The translations under genes and the position numbers were made by a program. A DNA stretch of 64,000 bases from a virus (Duplodnaviria; Caudoviricetes). The stretch lies in IMG/VR virus record IMGVR_UViG_2802429331_000008; one strand, given 5' to 3'. The notes under the pieces were generated by a model. That model did not search any database. It was not told where the DNA came from and saw nothing but the letters and a program-made list of their open reading frames with translations. Position 1 is the first letter of the stretch; each line of letters opens with the position of its first letter. This document shows positions 1 through 9,370 of the stretch, one piece after another.

Positions 1-99
1 TGCGCGGCGGTCCGAGCAAACGGCCCATCCTGCCGCCGCCTCCGTCACGTGACAAGTCCTCCTGGGCCCGCTCCCGAAGATCGCAGTAGTGTGGGTTTC

Positions 100-207
100 A
101 TGAAAATTCTCCTCACGGTCGGCGTCGTGGCAGCTCTCGTCTTTGCGATCAGCAAGTTCCGGCAGCGCAACGAGGCCGATCTCTGGCATGAGGTAACCAC
201 CCGCTAG
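100..207 (+). CDS. small membrane protein, DLW-39-like (host)
   Basis: Manual translation MKILLTVGVVAALVFAISKFRQRNEADLWHEVTTR: hydrophobic N-terminus plus DLW motif, directly upstream of tRNA-Ala as in other actinomycetes. Confidence 0.75.
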   Translation: MKILLTVGVVAALVFAISKFRQRNEADLWHEVTTR

Positions 208-242
208 CATCGAAACCGGCCGGGTCTCGCCCGGCCACACCA

Positions 243-318
243 GGGGCCATAGCTCAATTGGCAGAGCACTGCCTTTGCAAGGCAGGGGTTAGGGGTTCGA
301 TTCCCCTTGGCTCCACCA
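243..318 (+). tRNA. tRNA-Ala(TGC), probable prophage integration site (attL)
   Basis: GGGGCCA/TGGCTCC acceptor stem, anticodon arm CTGCC-TTTGCAA-GGCAG, GTTCGA T-loop, encoded CCA; integrase 130 bp downstream. Confidence 0.97.
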
Positions 319-320
319 GA

Positions 321-400
321 TAATCCACAGGTCGGGGGCAAGATCTATGATCTTGCTGGTCCTGTGTCCACACTCTGTGTCCACAGGGACGCGGTCCACA
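321..400 (+). repeat. four TCCACA-core direct repeats plus GCAAGATC-N3-GATCTTGC palindrome; probable integrase arm-type sites
   Basis: TAATCCACA 321, GTGTCCACA 364 and 377, CGGTCCACA 392; palindrome 338-356. Confidence 0.55.
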
Positions 401-449
401 CGAATCTGAGGGGATTCGGCGCACACTTTCATCAGGAAGAACTGCGCGC

Positions 450-1877
450 ATGTCCACCACCCCTCGCCCCCGTGTCCGCGCCGACGGCACGATCGGTTTC
501 CAGGTTCGCTACCGTATTCCCCGCAACGGTGAAATCCGCGCGACCTCACAGACTTTCGACGATTACACCGCCGCGAAGCGCTGGTCGGAACTGCTCGATC
601 GGGTGGGGGCGGTCGAGGCCGAGCGCATCCTCGCCGCCCAACTGGCCGCCGCCGCGCCGATCCTGAGCGTCACCGAATGGTGCACCCGCTACGCCGACCG
701 GCTCACCGGCATCGAAGAGGCCACCCGGCAGCGCTACCACCGCTACATTGTCAACGACATCGGCCCGTTCATGGGGTCGCTGCCCGTCGACGCCGTCACC
801 GAGGAGACCGACGCCGCCTGGGTCGTCCACCTCGAGAACGAGGTCGGCAACGCCGCTAAAACGATCTGGAACAAGCATGGATTCTTCTCCGCAGCGATGG
901 CCGCGGCGGCCCGGCATCGGCCGACCCCGCTCATCCCGGCCAATCCCTGTGCCTACACCCGGCTCCCGCGCTGGGACGGCCCGGAGCTGGACTATCTCGA
1001 CGACGACGAGTACGAACTGCTCGTCGAGCTGATGGCACCGCGCTGGCACGCGCAGGCCGAGCTCATGGTGATGTCGATGGCCCGGCCCAGCGAGATCGGC
1101 GCGCTCACCGTCGGCGACATCGACCGCGACACCGGCGCCGTCTCGATCACCAAGGCGTGGAAGTACGCCGGGGGGAAACTGAAGCTGGGTCCGCCGAAGT
1201 CCAAGCGCGGCAACCGGACCGTGTACGTTCCCCTCGAAACCGTGGCCCGGCTCGATCTGGACCGACCCCTCGACGCGCCGCTGATGTGCACCCGCAACGG
1301 CACCCCGATCACCGTCGTCTACCTCCACAAGAAGGCATTCGCGCCCGCCGTCAAGCGGCTGCGGGCCCTGGCGGCAGGCGATTTCGCGCCGTTCGACCGC
1401 CGCCGGGCTCACTGGGCGGGAACCGATCCCGAGGCACTGCTCGCCCGGTTCTCCACAACAATTCCCAAGCTGGGGACGAAGCGCATCACCCCGTACACGA
1501 TGCGGCACACCGCGATTTCCTGGCGGCTGCAGGACGGCGTCCCGATCTGGGTGGTGTCGCGCGACGCCGGGCACGAGAGCATCAGCACCACCGACAAGCG
1601 GTACGGGCACATCGACGCCTCCGCCAGCGCCGCCGCCGCACAGATCGTCGCCAACCGGTTGCCTCAGCTGCGCCGCGATGTCGTCAACCTGGACCAGGCC
1701 CGGCGACGCCGCCAGGTCCGTGCCGGAGATCTCGGCGAAATCTGCGTCGTGCCAGGCGGATTCGAGGCCGTCTGGATGAACCCCGACGGCGAGGTGCTGT
1801 CGCAGGTATTCGAGTCCTACGACAACGCGGTCGACCACATCGCGGACCACGAGGCCGGAGACCTGCTGGCCGCGTAA
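450..1877 (+). CDS. int: tyrosine recombinase / phage integrase
   Basis: ARPSE (catalytic R), PKS (K), YTMRHT (HxxR variant), AGHES..TTDKRYGH (catalytic Y). Confidence 0.95.
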   Translation: MSTTPRPRVRADGTIGFQVRYRIPRNGEIRATSQTFDDYTAAKRWSELLDRVGAVEAERILAAQLAAAAPILSVTEWCTRYADRLTGIEEATRQRYHRYIVNDIGPFMGSLPVDAVTEETDAAWVVHLENEVGNAAKTIWNKHGFFSAAMAAAARHRPTPLIPANPCAYTRLPRWDGPELDYLDDDEYELLVELMAPRWHAQAELMVMSMARPSEIGALTVGDIDRDTGAVSITKAWKYAGGKLKLGPPKSKRGNRTVYVPLETVARLDLDRPLDAPLMCTRNGTPITVVYLHKKAFAPAVKRLRALAAGDFAPFDRRRAHWAGTDPEALLARFSTTIPKLGTKRITPYTMRHTAISWRLQDGVPIWVVSRDAGHESISTTDKRYGHIDASASAAAAQIVANRLPQLRRDVVNLDQARRRRQVRAGDLGEICVVPGGFEAVWMNPDGEVLSQVFESYDNAVDHIADHEAGDLLAA

Positions 1878-1932
1878 ATCCGCGCATTCCAATTCATTTC
1901 CTTGCATCCCTCCTGAAATGAAATGAAATCTT

Positions 1933-2760
1933 ATGGCTGGCAGCGATACTCCGCGCCCGTGCAAGTTCCCCCTCGGCCCGGACACGATCTGCGGGCGCCC
2001 CGTCGCTCAACGGACCGGTCCCGGCCGTCCTCGGGACTTCTGCGACGATCCCCGGCACAACGCGGTGAACCGGCTCCGCGCCGAGAAACGGATCCGGAAC
2101 CGGACAGCTACTGAGCCGCCCGAAGCTGGCCCCCAGCGACCGGTGACCGACCGTGCGACCGCTCTCGGTGCCTCGCTGGCCCGGATCGGGGACATCAAGG
2201 CCGAGTTGATCGCCGAACTTGCCGATTCCGAGCAGATGGCCGCGGACCTCGTCGACGCCGATCTGATCGCGCTCGAACTGGAGGAAGTCCGTCGCGATGC
2301 CGAAGCACGCGTCGCCGAAGCACTCGCGGCCCAGGCCGCTGCCGAACGCGATGCGCTCGCCGCCCGCCGGGAGCGTGACGATGCTTTCCGGCTGCGGCAG
2401 GCGGCGCTCGATGCCGCCGAGGAAGCCATCGCCGTGCGCGACGGGGCCGTCGACGCGGTCACGCGGATGCGCACCGACTGCGACCAGGAGGTCGCACGCG
2501 TGTTCAAGATCGCTGACACGCAGGTCGATAGGGCACGCGCTGCTGCCGATCGCGAGATCGCTGAACTGAAGGCACGCCTCGACTCCGCCGAGGAGGCCAA
2601 GGCTCGGGCCGAATCGGACCGTGACCAGATGCTCGGCGCGGTCGCGGTCCTGCGGACCGACCTCCAGCTACAGGACGACCGGCACAGAGAAGAACTGGCC
2701 GCAGTCCGATCGGATTGCCAGCGACACCACGGTGCGATCCTCGGAAGCAGCACACGCTGA
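1933..2760 (+). CDS. hypothetical protein, N-terminal Cys/His finger plus long coiled coil
   Basis: C..C..GRPRDFCDDPRH motif followed by Ala/Glu/Arg heptads. Confidence 0.7.
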   Translation: MAGSDTPRPCKFPLGPDTICGRPVAQRTGPGRPRDFCDDPRHNAVNRLRAEKRIRNRTATEPPEAGPQRPVTDRATALGASLARIGDIKAELIAELADSEQMAADLVDADLIALELEEVRRDAEARVAEALAAQAAAERDALAARRERDDAFRLRQAALDAAEEAIAVRDGAVDAVTRMRTDCDQEVARVFKIADTQVDRARAAADREIAELKARLDSAEEAKARAESDRDQMLGAVAVLRTDLQLQDDRHREELAAVRSDCQRHHGAILGSSTR

Positions 2761-2908
2761 CCATCGCCCGGCCGACAAGTTCGGTTGGGCATCAGCGCGT
2801 CACTCTGGGCCCGATGGCCCCCTTGCAGACGAGTCCGTTCACAGCGCTGCGCTGGCCGTTTGTCCGAAACGGATGGTATCGGCTGCTGCCAGCTGTCAGG
2901 CTCAGCCC

Positions 2909-3928
2909 ATGACCGAATGGCTACTTGTCGAATGCATCAGGGAAGAACCCACATTGATGGCGGTAGGGCGAAAGCCGGTGAGGCTCAAGCCCTTCGACGC
3001 CATCTTGCGCGGGCCGCTGCGCGGCCCCGCCAAACGCGCTGTCGCGCATGTCCGTGAAACGCGAGAGCGGTACGAAGAGGTCTCGAAGACCAAGGGGGAG
3101 AGGATCATTGCCATCCCCATCCTCAACGTAATGGGGATGGTGCACGGTGTTCGTCTGTGGATCGGACCACTCGGCGAGGACGTGCCGGTGCCGTCGCGGT
3201 CGGGTGCGTGGGACTGGGACGAGCAGCGGATCACCACACTGGCTACCGAGGAGATGCACGACATCTACGGGGTACCGCGCGAGCGCCGGTTGCCGGAGGT
3301 GTCGCGTATCTCCGGGCTGCGACACGTCGAAACCGCCGACGACAAGAGCGCGGCGCTCGCGGCCTCGCTGTCGGGGGAGTTGCTCGCCGACATGGAGAGG
3401 GTCATCCAGACGACATGGCAGATCAAACGGGACGACGGCGTTCTCCGCGACATCAATTTCATTGCCCGCGGCGCCTACGTCGACGGTGTTCCGTTCCTGC
3501 ACGGTCTCACTCACGACATCACTCCCGGCGGTGTGGACGACTCCGCCATCGTCCCGCCGCTCACCTGGTCCGAGGCCCTGATTCAAGGTGAGTTGCGTGA
3601 AGAGGGCGTGTGGCCGATCATGGTCGGCCTCCGCAGTTTGACCGGCTACGAGTGGCTACGTGAGCCGATGCCGAATGTCGCGTGGGAGAAGACCGGCGTT
3701 GAATCGCGCGACCCGGCACTTCATCCGGACGACTTCGAGCTCGCACGCGAGCTGGCGCGCACACTGCGGCAGTCCGGTCAGGTCGAAGGAACCGTGCGTG
3801 TGCGGGCGATCGACGGCACCTGGATGGCGGTCGATCTGACAGCGAAACTCGTGGTCCTGACACGCGAGAGCGAGACCGCTGTCGGGCTGGTCAAGCTTCG
3901 GCGATCGGCTGCCTGCGCGGACGATTAG
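2909..3928 (+). CDS. GAF/PAS-like sensor protein (Rv3651-like)
   Basis: WLLVE N-terminus, VHGVRLWIG, GAWDWD and LHPDD PAS-like motifs; start taken at ATG 2909. Confidence 0.7.
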   Translation: MTEWLLVECIREEPTLMAVGRKPVRLKPFDAILRGPLRGPAKRAVAHVRETRERYEEVSKTKGERIIAIPILNVMGMVHGVRLWIGPLGEDVPVPSRSGAWDWDEQRITTLATEEMHDIYGVPRERRLPEVSRISGLRHVETADDKSAALAASLSGELLADMERVIQTTWQIKRDDGVLRDINFIARGAYVDGVPFLHGLTHDITPGGVDDSAIVPPLTWSEALIQGELREEGVWPIMVGLRSLTGYEWLREPMPNVAWEKTGVESRDPALHPDDFELARELARTLRQSGQVEGTVRVRAIDGTWMAVDLTAKLVVLTRESETAVGLVKLRRSAACADD

Positions 3929-4466
3929 ATTTCCCGGAAACTCTTCCGGTCAAACGTGGTAGCTTCAAATTTGTAGCATTCACCCGATACGGTCGGAGTG
4001 CCACCCGCGGTACTTGTTTCGTTGGCGAGTCATGCCCTGAGAGGGGCTTCACGGGTGGGATGTGCGTCGATGCGGGAATGTCGTTACTGGTCAACAGGTT
4101 TCGTGGTGCTGTGTGCGGGGGTACGGAGGTGAGAGATTCCGAGCCCGCAGGGTTACCGGCCGACAATGGTCGCACTCCCGCTGAGGCGGCGGATCGCAGC
4201 GGCGGGAGTGCTCATCGGGAAGCGTTGCGCGAGTTGGGGGTAACCGTTTCCGCCCCGTGGGGGGACGTGGTGATCCGTGGCGGAATGGCCGAAATCGGCA
4301 CGGTCATCTGGAATCACGGGCAGGTGCGGGTGATTCCGCGAGTGGGGTTGAATGCGGAATGGGAGGCAAAGCTACTCGAGGCTGCCGAACTTGCGTGGCT
4401 GCACGGTCCGGGTGAGGGCTGGCGCTGGAACCCAACGTTGGGATGGATCGGCTGTGCCCGGGTAAA

Positions 4467-5177
4467 TCACTCGGCGGTGTTGCCACGATCCCTCAACCGG
4501 GCCTCCAGTTCGGCCTCGTGCTCCGACGACGGCGGAGACCATGTGACGCCGCCCCGGGAACCTAGGGCCGGATCGACTTGGACGTCAAGGTTGCCGGGAG
4601 TCCGCGCCCAGTTGCTTCGGGGGTCGATGTCATCGGTGATGAAGCGGTGGTCCCAATCGTCGAACCGTTTGCGTCCGAGCTGATCAATGAAGTGTTTGAC
4701 GGCCTGCCGGTCCTCGGCCGGCAGGTGTCCGACCCGTTCGGATACCCACGCCTTGTCGGCTAGTCGCTGAAGCGCTGTCGACGTGGGGACGTCGCTCCGC
4801 AACGCATGCACGTACTCCCACAGGGCATTGACCATTCCGGGGGTGTTCGGTGTGGGGCCGTGGTCGGAGTCGGCGCTCACGTAGGCAAATACATCCTCGG
4901 CAAGATCGCGTGAAGTCGCGCGACGACTCGAGGTCACGGCTTTCGCTTCGCCGCCGTCTAGCACGCGGGCCGAGCTGCCGGGTTCCCATCCGATCGCCTG
5001 CTCGACGATCGCGTAGGTGGCGGGAGCGAATCCGCGCTTGCCGGTCTCAAGGTCGGATAGCAACCGGTAGCTCAAGTCCACCCTCTTCTCCAGCTCCGCG
5101 CGGGTCTTCATGCCCAGCTCCACGCGGCGGTTGACGACGGCATCACCGAGACGCTTCCAATTCGTGCCGGTACTCAT
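4467..5177 (-). CDS. XRE-family HTH immunity repressor
   Basis: WKRLGDAVVNRRVELGM..LSDLETG..EQAIGWEPGS; divergent from cro-like gene. Confidence 0.8.
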   Translation of the reverse strand: MSTGTNWKRLGDAVVNRRVELGMKTRAELEKRVDLSYRLLSDLETGKRGFAPATYAIVEQAIGWEPGSSARVLDGGEAKAVTSSRRATSRDLAEDVFAYVSADSDHGPTPNTPGMVNALWEYVHALRSDVPTSTALQRLADKAWVSERVGHLPAEDRQAVKHFIDQLGRKRFDDWDHRFITDDIDPRSNWARTPGNLDVQVDPALGSRGGVTWSPPSSEHEAELEARLRDRGNTAE

Positions 5178-5286
5178 ACGCCCATCGTGCAGGTTCGTGC
5201 AGGAAACGTCCAGAAGCACGGATGTTCGAACCGAGGTGTGCTGAGCAGCGCCTGGTAGATGCAGGTGTCCGGTTCCTGTTTCTTCA

Positions 5287-5316
5287 TTGACGTGTCTTCC
5301 TATTCATTCCTAAAAT
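5287..5316 (+). promoter_or_regulatory. SigA-type promoter for cro-like gene, probably leaderless
   Basis: TTGACG-N18-TAAAAT, ATG begins 8 nt after the -10 box. Confidence 0.65.
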
Positions 5317-5323
5317 TGCTTGC

Positions 5324-5587
5324 ATGAACTGGAAGGAAGATCCGATCCGGGTGGGCTCGACGATCAGATCCTTACGTGAGGCTTACGGCTGGACGCGGCT
5401 GGGGCTGGCGGAGGCGGTCGGCCTGTCGCGGTCGCACCTGAGCAACATCGAAGACGGACGCAAAGTCTGCACCCCGCAGGTCGCGCGCAAGGTTGCCGAC
5501 GCGCTCGGTGTCCCTCTCGCGGCGATCACCACCGCGCGCACGTCCGACGAGATCGCCGGTCTGCCCACCGAATCGCTGGCGAGATGA
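5324..5587 (+). CDS. Cro-like XRE HTH regulator
   Basis: IRSLREAYGWT..LAEAVGLSRSHLSNIEDG. Confidence 0.85.
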   Translation: MNWKEDPIRVGSTIRSLREAYGWTRLGLAEAVGLSRSHLSNIEDGRKVCTPQVARKVADALGVPLAAITTARTSDEIAGLPTESLAR

Positions 5588-5856
5588 CCGCACCCGATCA
5601 AGTTGAAGTCGCGACCTTTCCCCTGTCCCACGTCGTGCAGACGACCGGCGCGGCTTCCGAGGACTGGCTCATCCGCCGCCTTCGCAAGAAGCAGATCCGT
5701 GGCCGATGGACCGGGCGCGAGTGGCGCATGACCGCGAGCGACATGGCCGCACTCGTCGAGTTCATGGCCAATGGGCCCGCCGCGCCTGCCGTGCCCGATG
5801 TGACCGGTCTCACTGCCGCCAGCCGTCGACGGCTCGAGCGTCGCTACACCCGCTGA
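5584..5856 (+). CDS. excisionase-like DNA-binding protein
   Basis: WLIRRLRKKQIRGRWTGREWRMT winged-helix pattern; position after cro. Confidence 0.6.
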   Translation: MTAPDQVEVATFPLSHVVQTTGAASEDWLIRRLRKKQIRGRWTGREWRMTASDMAALVEFMANGPAAPAVPDVTGLTAASRRRLERRYTR

Positions 5857-6047
5857 GAACTTCCTCGGCGCGGTGCGCGCTGACGCCACGCCGAGGGCCG
5901 CGCGTCCCGGAGAGGGACCGTCGGGGTGCCCCCTCACACCCTGCTCTGCGGGACGCGCATCACCAATCACGAGGAGGTCTCAATGACCGAAATTGCTGGG
6001 CGTCAACCCACTTCACGCATCCCCTGCAGTTCAAAGACGGCACTCCG

Positions 6048-6218
6048 ATGACGTCCCACGATGCCGATCTGATCATGCAGGCGCTCGGATTCAACTCCGC
6101 AGCCCACGCCGAACAGGTCATCGCCGAAGGCGAGAGCCGACGTCGAGAGCGTAAGCGCGAGCAGGAGCGGATCTCCTCTCACGTCGCTCGACGGACTGCG
6201 CTAGCCGGTGCGGCATGA
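6048..6218 (+). CDS. hypothetical phage protein
   Basis: ATGA-coupled short ORF in early operon. Confidence 0.5.
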   Translation: MTSHDADLIMQALGFNSAAHAEQVIAEGESRRRERKREQERISSHVARRTALAGAA

Positions 6219-6340
6219 ATCTGCCTCCTCGGGACGGCGAAACAGTCGGCCTCCTCATCGATCTCGCTCGCGTGCTGTTGCTGATCGCCGTCGTCGTCGT
6301 CCTGTTCGCGATCGTCAACTCCGCGGGAGTGGTGCCGTGA
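6215..6340 (+). CDS. small membrane protein
   Basis: Manual translation MNLPPRDGETVGLLIDLARVLLLIAVVVVLFAIVNSAGVVP; 4-bp overlaps at both ends. Confidence 0.6.
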   Translation: MNLPPRDGETVGLLIDLARVLLLIAVVVVLFAIVNSAGVVP

Positions 6341-6861
6341 GCATGCTGATCGGAGCTGCATTCACCCTGCTCAGCGGAATCGTTATCGGATGGGTACTGC
6401 GTGACGTGTGGGCGGTCCGCGGTATCCGCCGACGGGCTACCGCCAGCCAGGTGCGGCCCGTATCCGAGCGGGGACTCGTTGATGTCTCGACCGCCGAGAT
6501 CGGCTGCGGTGCTGCGCCTCTCGGTCGCTCGCTGCGTCTCGTTCACTCCGACAACAAGTACATCGAAGCCGTGAAAGGACCGCACGTCATGGGTAGGCAC
6601 TCCAACCGGACCGCGCATCAGTCCGGACGCAACCGGGTGACCGTGGCCGCCGTGCGTGCGAAGGCCGTCGGCGCGGCGCGGACGTCGAGCGCGATCGTCC
6701 TGAATTCCTCACCAGCGGAAGTTGTTTCTGCTGTACCGATGACGAAGTGGATCGTTCCCGGGACGGGCTCGGACGTCACGCGGACACGTTTTGGCCGCGA
6801 CATCGACACGCTGAATGCGACAGGAGAGGGGATGAGCCGCGATGAGTCGAGCCCCGAGTGA
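6337..6861 (+). CDS. membrane-anchored hypothetical protein
   Basis: N-terminal TM segment, GTGA coupling. Confidence 0.55.
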   Translation: MSMLIGAAFTLLSGIVIGWVLRDVWAVRGIRRRATASQVRPVSERGLVDVSTAEIGCGAAPLGRSLRLVHSDNKYIEAVKGPHVMGRHSNRTAHQSGRNRVTVAAVRAKAVGAARTSSAIVLNSSPAEVVSAVPMTKWIVPGTGSDVTRTRFGRDIDTLNATGEGMSRDESSPE

Positions 6862-7129
6862 CACCGAGCAGCTGTTCGTCGTGAACTTCCGTGCGGCGCG
6901 GAAAGCACTGAAGCTGCCCCAGGCTCAGGTCGCCGTGCGAATGCGTCAGCGAGGGTACCGCTGGAGCGAGAGCACAGTATCGCGCATCGAGCACGGTCAC
7001 CACCGCCCGCAGCTGCGCGAGGCCGCGGCGCTCGCCGAGATCGTCGCTATTCCACTTGATCGAATGGTGACCGATCCGCCGACCCGGATCGTGGCCATCG
7101 TGCGCGATTCCAGGGAGCGGGTGCTGTGA
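6842..7129 (+). CDS. XRE-family HTH protein
   Basis: FRAARKALKLPQAQVA..WSESTVSRIEHG. Confidence 0.8.
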   Translation: MSRAPSDTEQLFVVNFRAARKALKLPQAQVAVRMRQRGYRWSESTVSRIEHGHHRPQLREAAALAEIVAIPLDRMVTDPPTRIVAIVRDSRERVL

Positions 7130-7485
7130 TGGCCCGTTACACCGACCTGGACCGCTGCGCTTCGGATGCGCTCGAGCTGTGTGAGCGCGTACGAGAACTG
7201 GCACCGCTGGACACTTTCCGGCACGTTGCCAGGCAGTGCGTTCGTGACCCCGAACGGATGGCGCAGCTCATCATGACGCTGGCCGCTTTCGTCGATATCC
7301 AGGTGCCGATCAGTGTTCTGCGTGCACAGGTCGATGCGATCGTCGAGAGCCGCGTGCAGTCGGCAGCGCGGACGGTGCAACTCCTCGGCGAGAAAGACAC
7401 CGGCCGCCCCAACCACTGCCCGGTCTGCCGAAATCACCATGCCCGCACGGGCCACCACCACGACGAAACGAGCTGCCGTGCCTGA
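7126..7485 (+). CDS. hypothetical phage protein
   Basis: Coupled ORF, DPERMAQLIMTLAAFVD motif of actinophage early proteins. Confidence 0.6.
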   Translation: MMARYTDLDRCASDALELCERVRELAPLDTFRHVARQCVRDPERMAQLIMTLAAFVDIQVPISVLRAQVDAIVESRVQSAARTVQLLGEKDTGRPNHCPVCRNHHARTGHHHDETSCRA

Positions 7486-7885
7486 CTGCTGGGTGCCCGG
7501 AGTACCAGCTCCGCAAGGAAGCAAGCGGCACGTAGGGCGCGGCATTCTGATCGAATCCTCGAAAGCGGTCGGCCCGTGGCGTGAACGCGTTGCCTTGGCT
7601 GTGCACGGTGAGGGGTGGCCGTTGCGCACCGACGCGATCGGGATGCGACTCGACTTCGTGCTCCCCAGACCGCGATCGGCGCCGAAAACCCGAACACTGC
7701 TGGCCACCAAGCGGCCCGACGCAGACAAACTCGCTCGCGCTGTTCTCGATGCACTGACCGGCATCGCGTACGTCGACGACTCGCAGGTGATCGACCTGCA
7801 CAGCCACAAACGCATCGCCGACGCGGGTGAGCGGCCCGGTGTCGCGATCAGTCTGTACAACCCTGTCACCGAAAGGGACTGGTAA
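7478..7885 (+). CDS. rusA: RusA-like Holliday junction resolvase
   Basis: VPGVPAPQGSKR, KRPDADKLARAVLDALTG..YVDDSQV. Confidence 0.9.
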   Translation: MPDCWVPGVPAPQGSKRHVGRGILIESSKAVGPWRERVALAVHGEGWPLRTDAIGMRLDFVLPRPRSAPKTRTLLATKRPDADKLARAVLDALTGIAYVDDSQVIDLHSHKRIADAGERPGVAISLYNPVTERDW

Positions 7886-8100
7886 TGGGCGAATTCACCA
7901 CGGTCAAGCGCCGCGTCAGAGTGTACGAGGATCGGCTCGACAACGGCAGCGAATGCGGTGCGTTCCGGGTCGTCTCGGTCGATGGCGTCGACTACCGCAT
8001 CGACTGCGGGCGGTGGACGCGATGGGGACGGCATTTCGGTCGGCATCGCGACATCACCGGCACCGAATGGCGCATGAGCAGGACGGGCGGACGGCGGTGA
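7885..8100 (+). CDS. hypothetical protein
   Basis: TAATG coupling to rusA, 71 aa. Confidence 0.5.
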   Translation: MGEFTTVKRRVRVYEDRLDNGSECGAFRVVSVDGVDYRIDCGRWTRWGRHFGRHRDITGTEWRMSRTGGRR

Positions 8101-8147
8101 GCAACAAGCCGCTCAACGCCGTCCGCCGAGTGTCGGTCGGCGGATCG

Positions 8148-8786
8148 CTATGGCGTCTGCGGCCACACCACACAGTCGAAGATCTTCAGGTACGCAGCGT
8201 AATCGCGCCAGCGTTCGGGAACGTACCTGAATTCGTTCGGAGAGAAGATCTCCAGCGTGGCGTCGCGCAGGCTGCCTAGTTCGTAGATCCTGGCCTCGGC
8301 ATCAGAGTGCCGATCGTAGAGCTGGTCTGCCAACCCGGGGCACCCCGCGACATGCAGATGAAATTGCCACTGGTTGTCGCCCAACAGATTTGGGCCGATG
8401 ATCACGACTTCGATCATGTTCCTCAGCCTCTTCGTGCGAGCCTGGATGTCCACAGCGGACGGCGAAGGAATGCGCTGCCGTGTTCGCCGGAACGGGCTGG
8501 TGCCGAGTGATGAGCGGTCGGCCAAGTCGGCGATCAGCCGCGGTTCTTCGGTACCGAGCCCGACGGCGTCGGTGACGACGGATTCGATGTCGCCGCAGGT
8601 GGCTCCTGTCTCGACAGCGATGGCCACGGCTTCGGCGGCCGCGCGCAAACGGGCCGGATACAGCTCACCGGAGTCGGAATGCGCGAGCGTACGGAAGACG
8701 AAGGCGACGAAACGCAGGGCACGGTCCTTGGTCGGCGCAGGAATCACGCGGTCCTCCCGGCACCACGCAGCGGCGGGCACACCCAT
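8148..8786 (-). CDS. hypothetical protein (possibly two genes in one frame, internal ATG near 8417)
   Basis: 212-aa ORF with internal GAGG RBS before MIEVVIIG. Confidence 0.5.
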   Translation of the reverse strand: MGVPAAAWCREDRVIPAPTKDRALRFVAFVFRTLAHSDSGELYPARLRAAAEAVAIAVETGATCGDIESVVTDAVGLGTEEPRLIADLADRSSLGTSPFRRTRQRIPSPSAVDIQARTKRLRNMIEVVIIGPNLLGDNQWQFHLHVAGCPGLADQLYDRHSDAEARIYELGSLRDATLEIFSPNEFRYVPERWRDYAAYLKIFDCVVWPQTP

Positions 8787-9178
8787 ACATCGATGTCTAT
8801 AAGAAAATCGATCAGCCTAGTGTCGTGATGGTGCAAGATCGTACATTGTCCCGGTCTCGTGGTCCCCGTCTTTCTGAGTACTTCCAACGGGACCCCTGGG
8901 GCGATGTTCCCCCGATAGTTCATGAGGCCGTTTATTTCGAGATAGTAGGTGTGCTCTGGGTCGCGAGCGAATTGCGTTTTCCGGTGACCGTTGTTTCCGG
9001 TGATATAGGCGATGCGGTGTATTGATCTGTCGGGCATCAGCACCCAGTCGCCTTCCACCGCTCCTCCTCGGGAGAGTTCGTCGCGACACCTCAGACGTGC
9101 GGTGATGTCGCGCCGGTTGTCGTCGTCCAGTAGTCGGCGAGTGAACATGGTCTGATGTACCGGAGTTATTGACAGCAT
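8744..9178 (-). CDS. hypothetical protein
   Basis: 144-aa ORF with AGGA RBS inside the inverted repeat at 9181. Confidence 0.65.
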   Translation of the reverse strand: MLSITPVHQTMFTRRLLDDDNRRDITARLRCRDELSRGGAVEGDWVLMPDRSIHRIAYITGNNGHRKTQFARDPEHTYYLEINGLMNYRGNIAPGVPLEVLRKTGTTRPGQCTILHHHDTRLIDFLIDIDVWVCPPLRGAGRTA

Positions 9179-9180
9179 GA

Positions 9181-9341
9181 AATTGTCCTATTGGCGTAGG
9201 GTCATTTCTGACTCCAGAAACCCTACTCGCACCGTCTTTTGAAAAGCAATGAAAAAGAACTTATCGACAATGGTGTGTTTGTCTCTGGGTTGGAGTATGT
9301 TCTCTGTTGTCAGAAATGACCCCTACGCCAATAGGAGAATT
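9181..9341. promoter_or_regulatory. AT-rich divergent promoter region flanked by ~32-bp inverted repeats
   Basis: 9181-9212 vs 9309-9341 (GTCAGAAATGACCC(C)TACGCCAATAGGA[C/G]AATT). Confidence 0.8.
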
Positions 9342-9370
9342 GAATATGGACGTCGAAACGGCGGCCGCTA

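Noticed and set aside
546-1985. Long antisense ORFs (also 24220-25839, 27328-29019, 58803-60110 and others)
   Set aside because: Shadow frames of real genes, expected in high-GC DNA; no motifs
4060-4683. ORF between sensor gene and repressor
   Set aside because: Possibly a real short gene from GTG ~4129, but it overlaps the repressor by over 200 bp and has no recognisable motif
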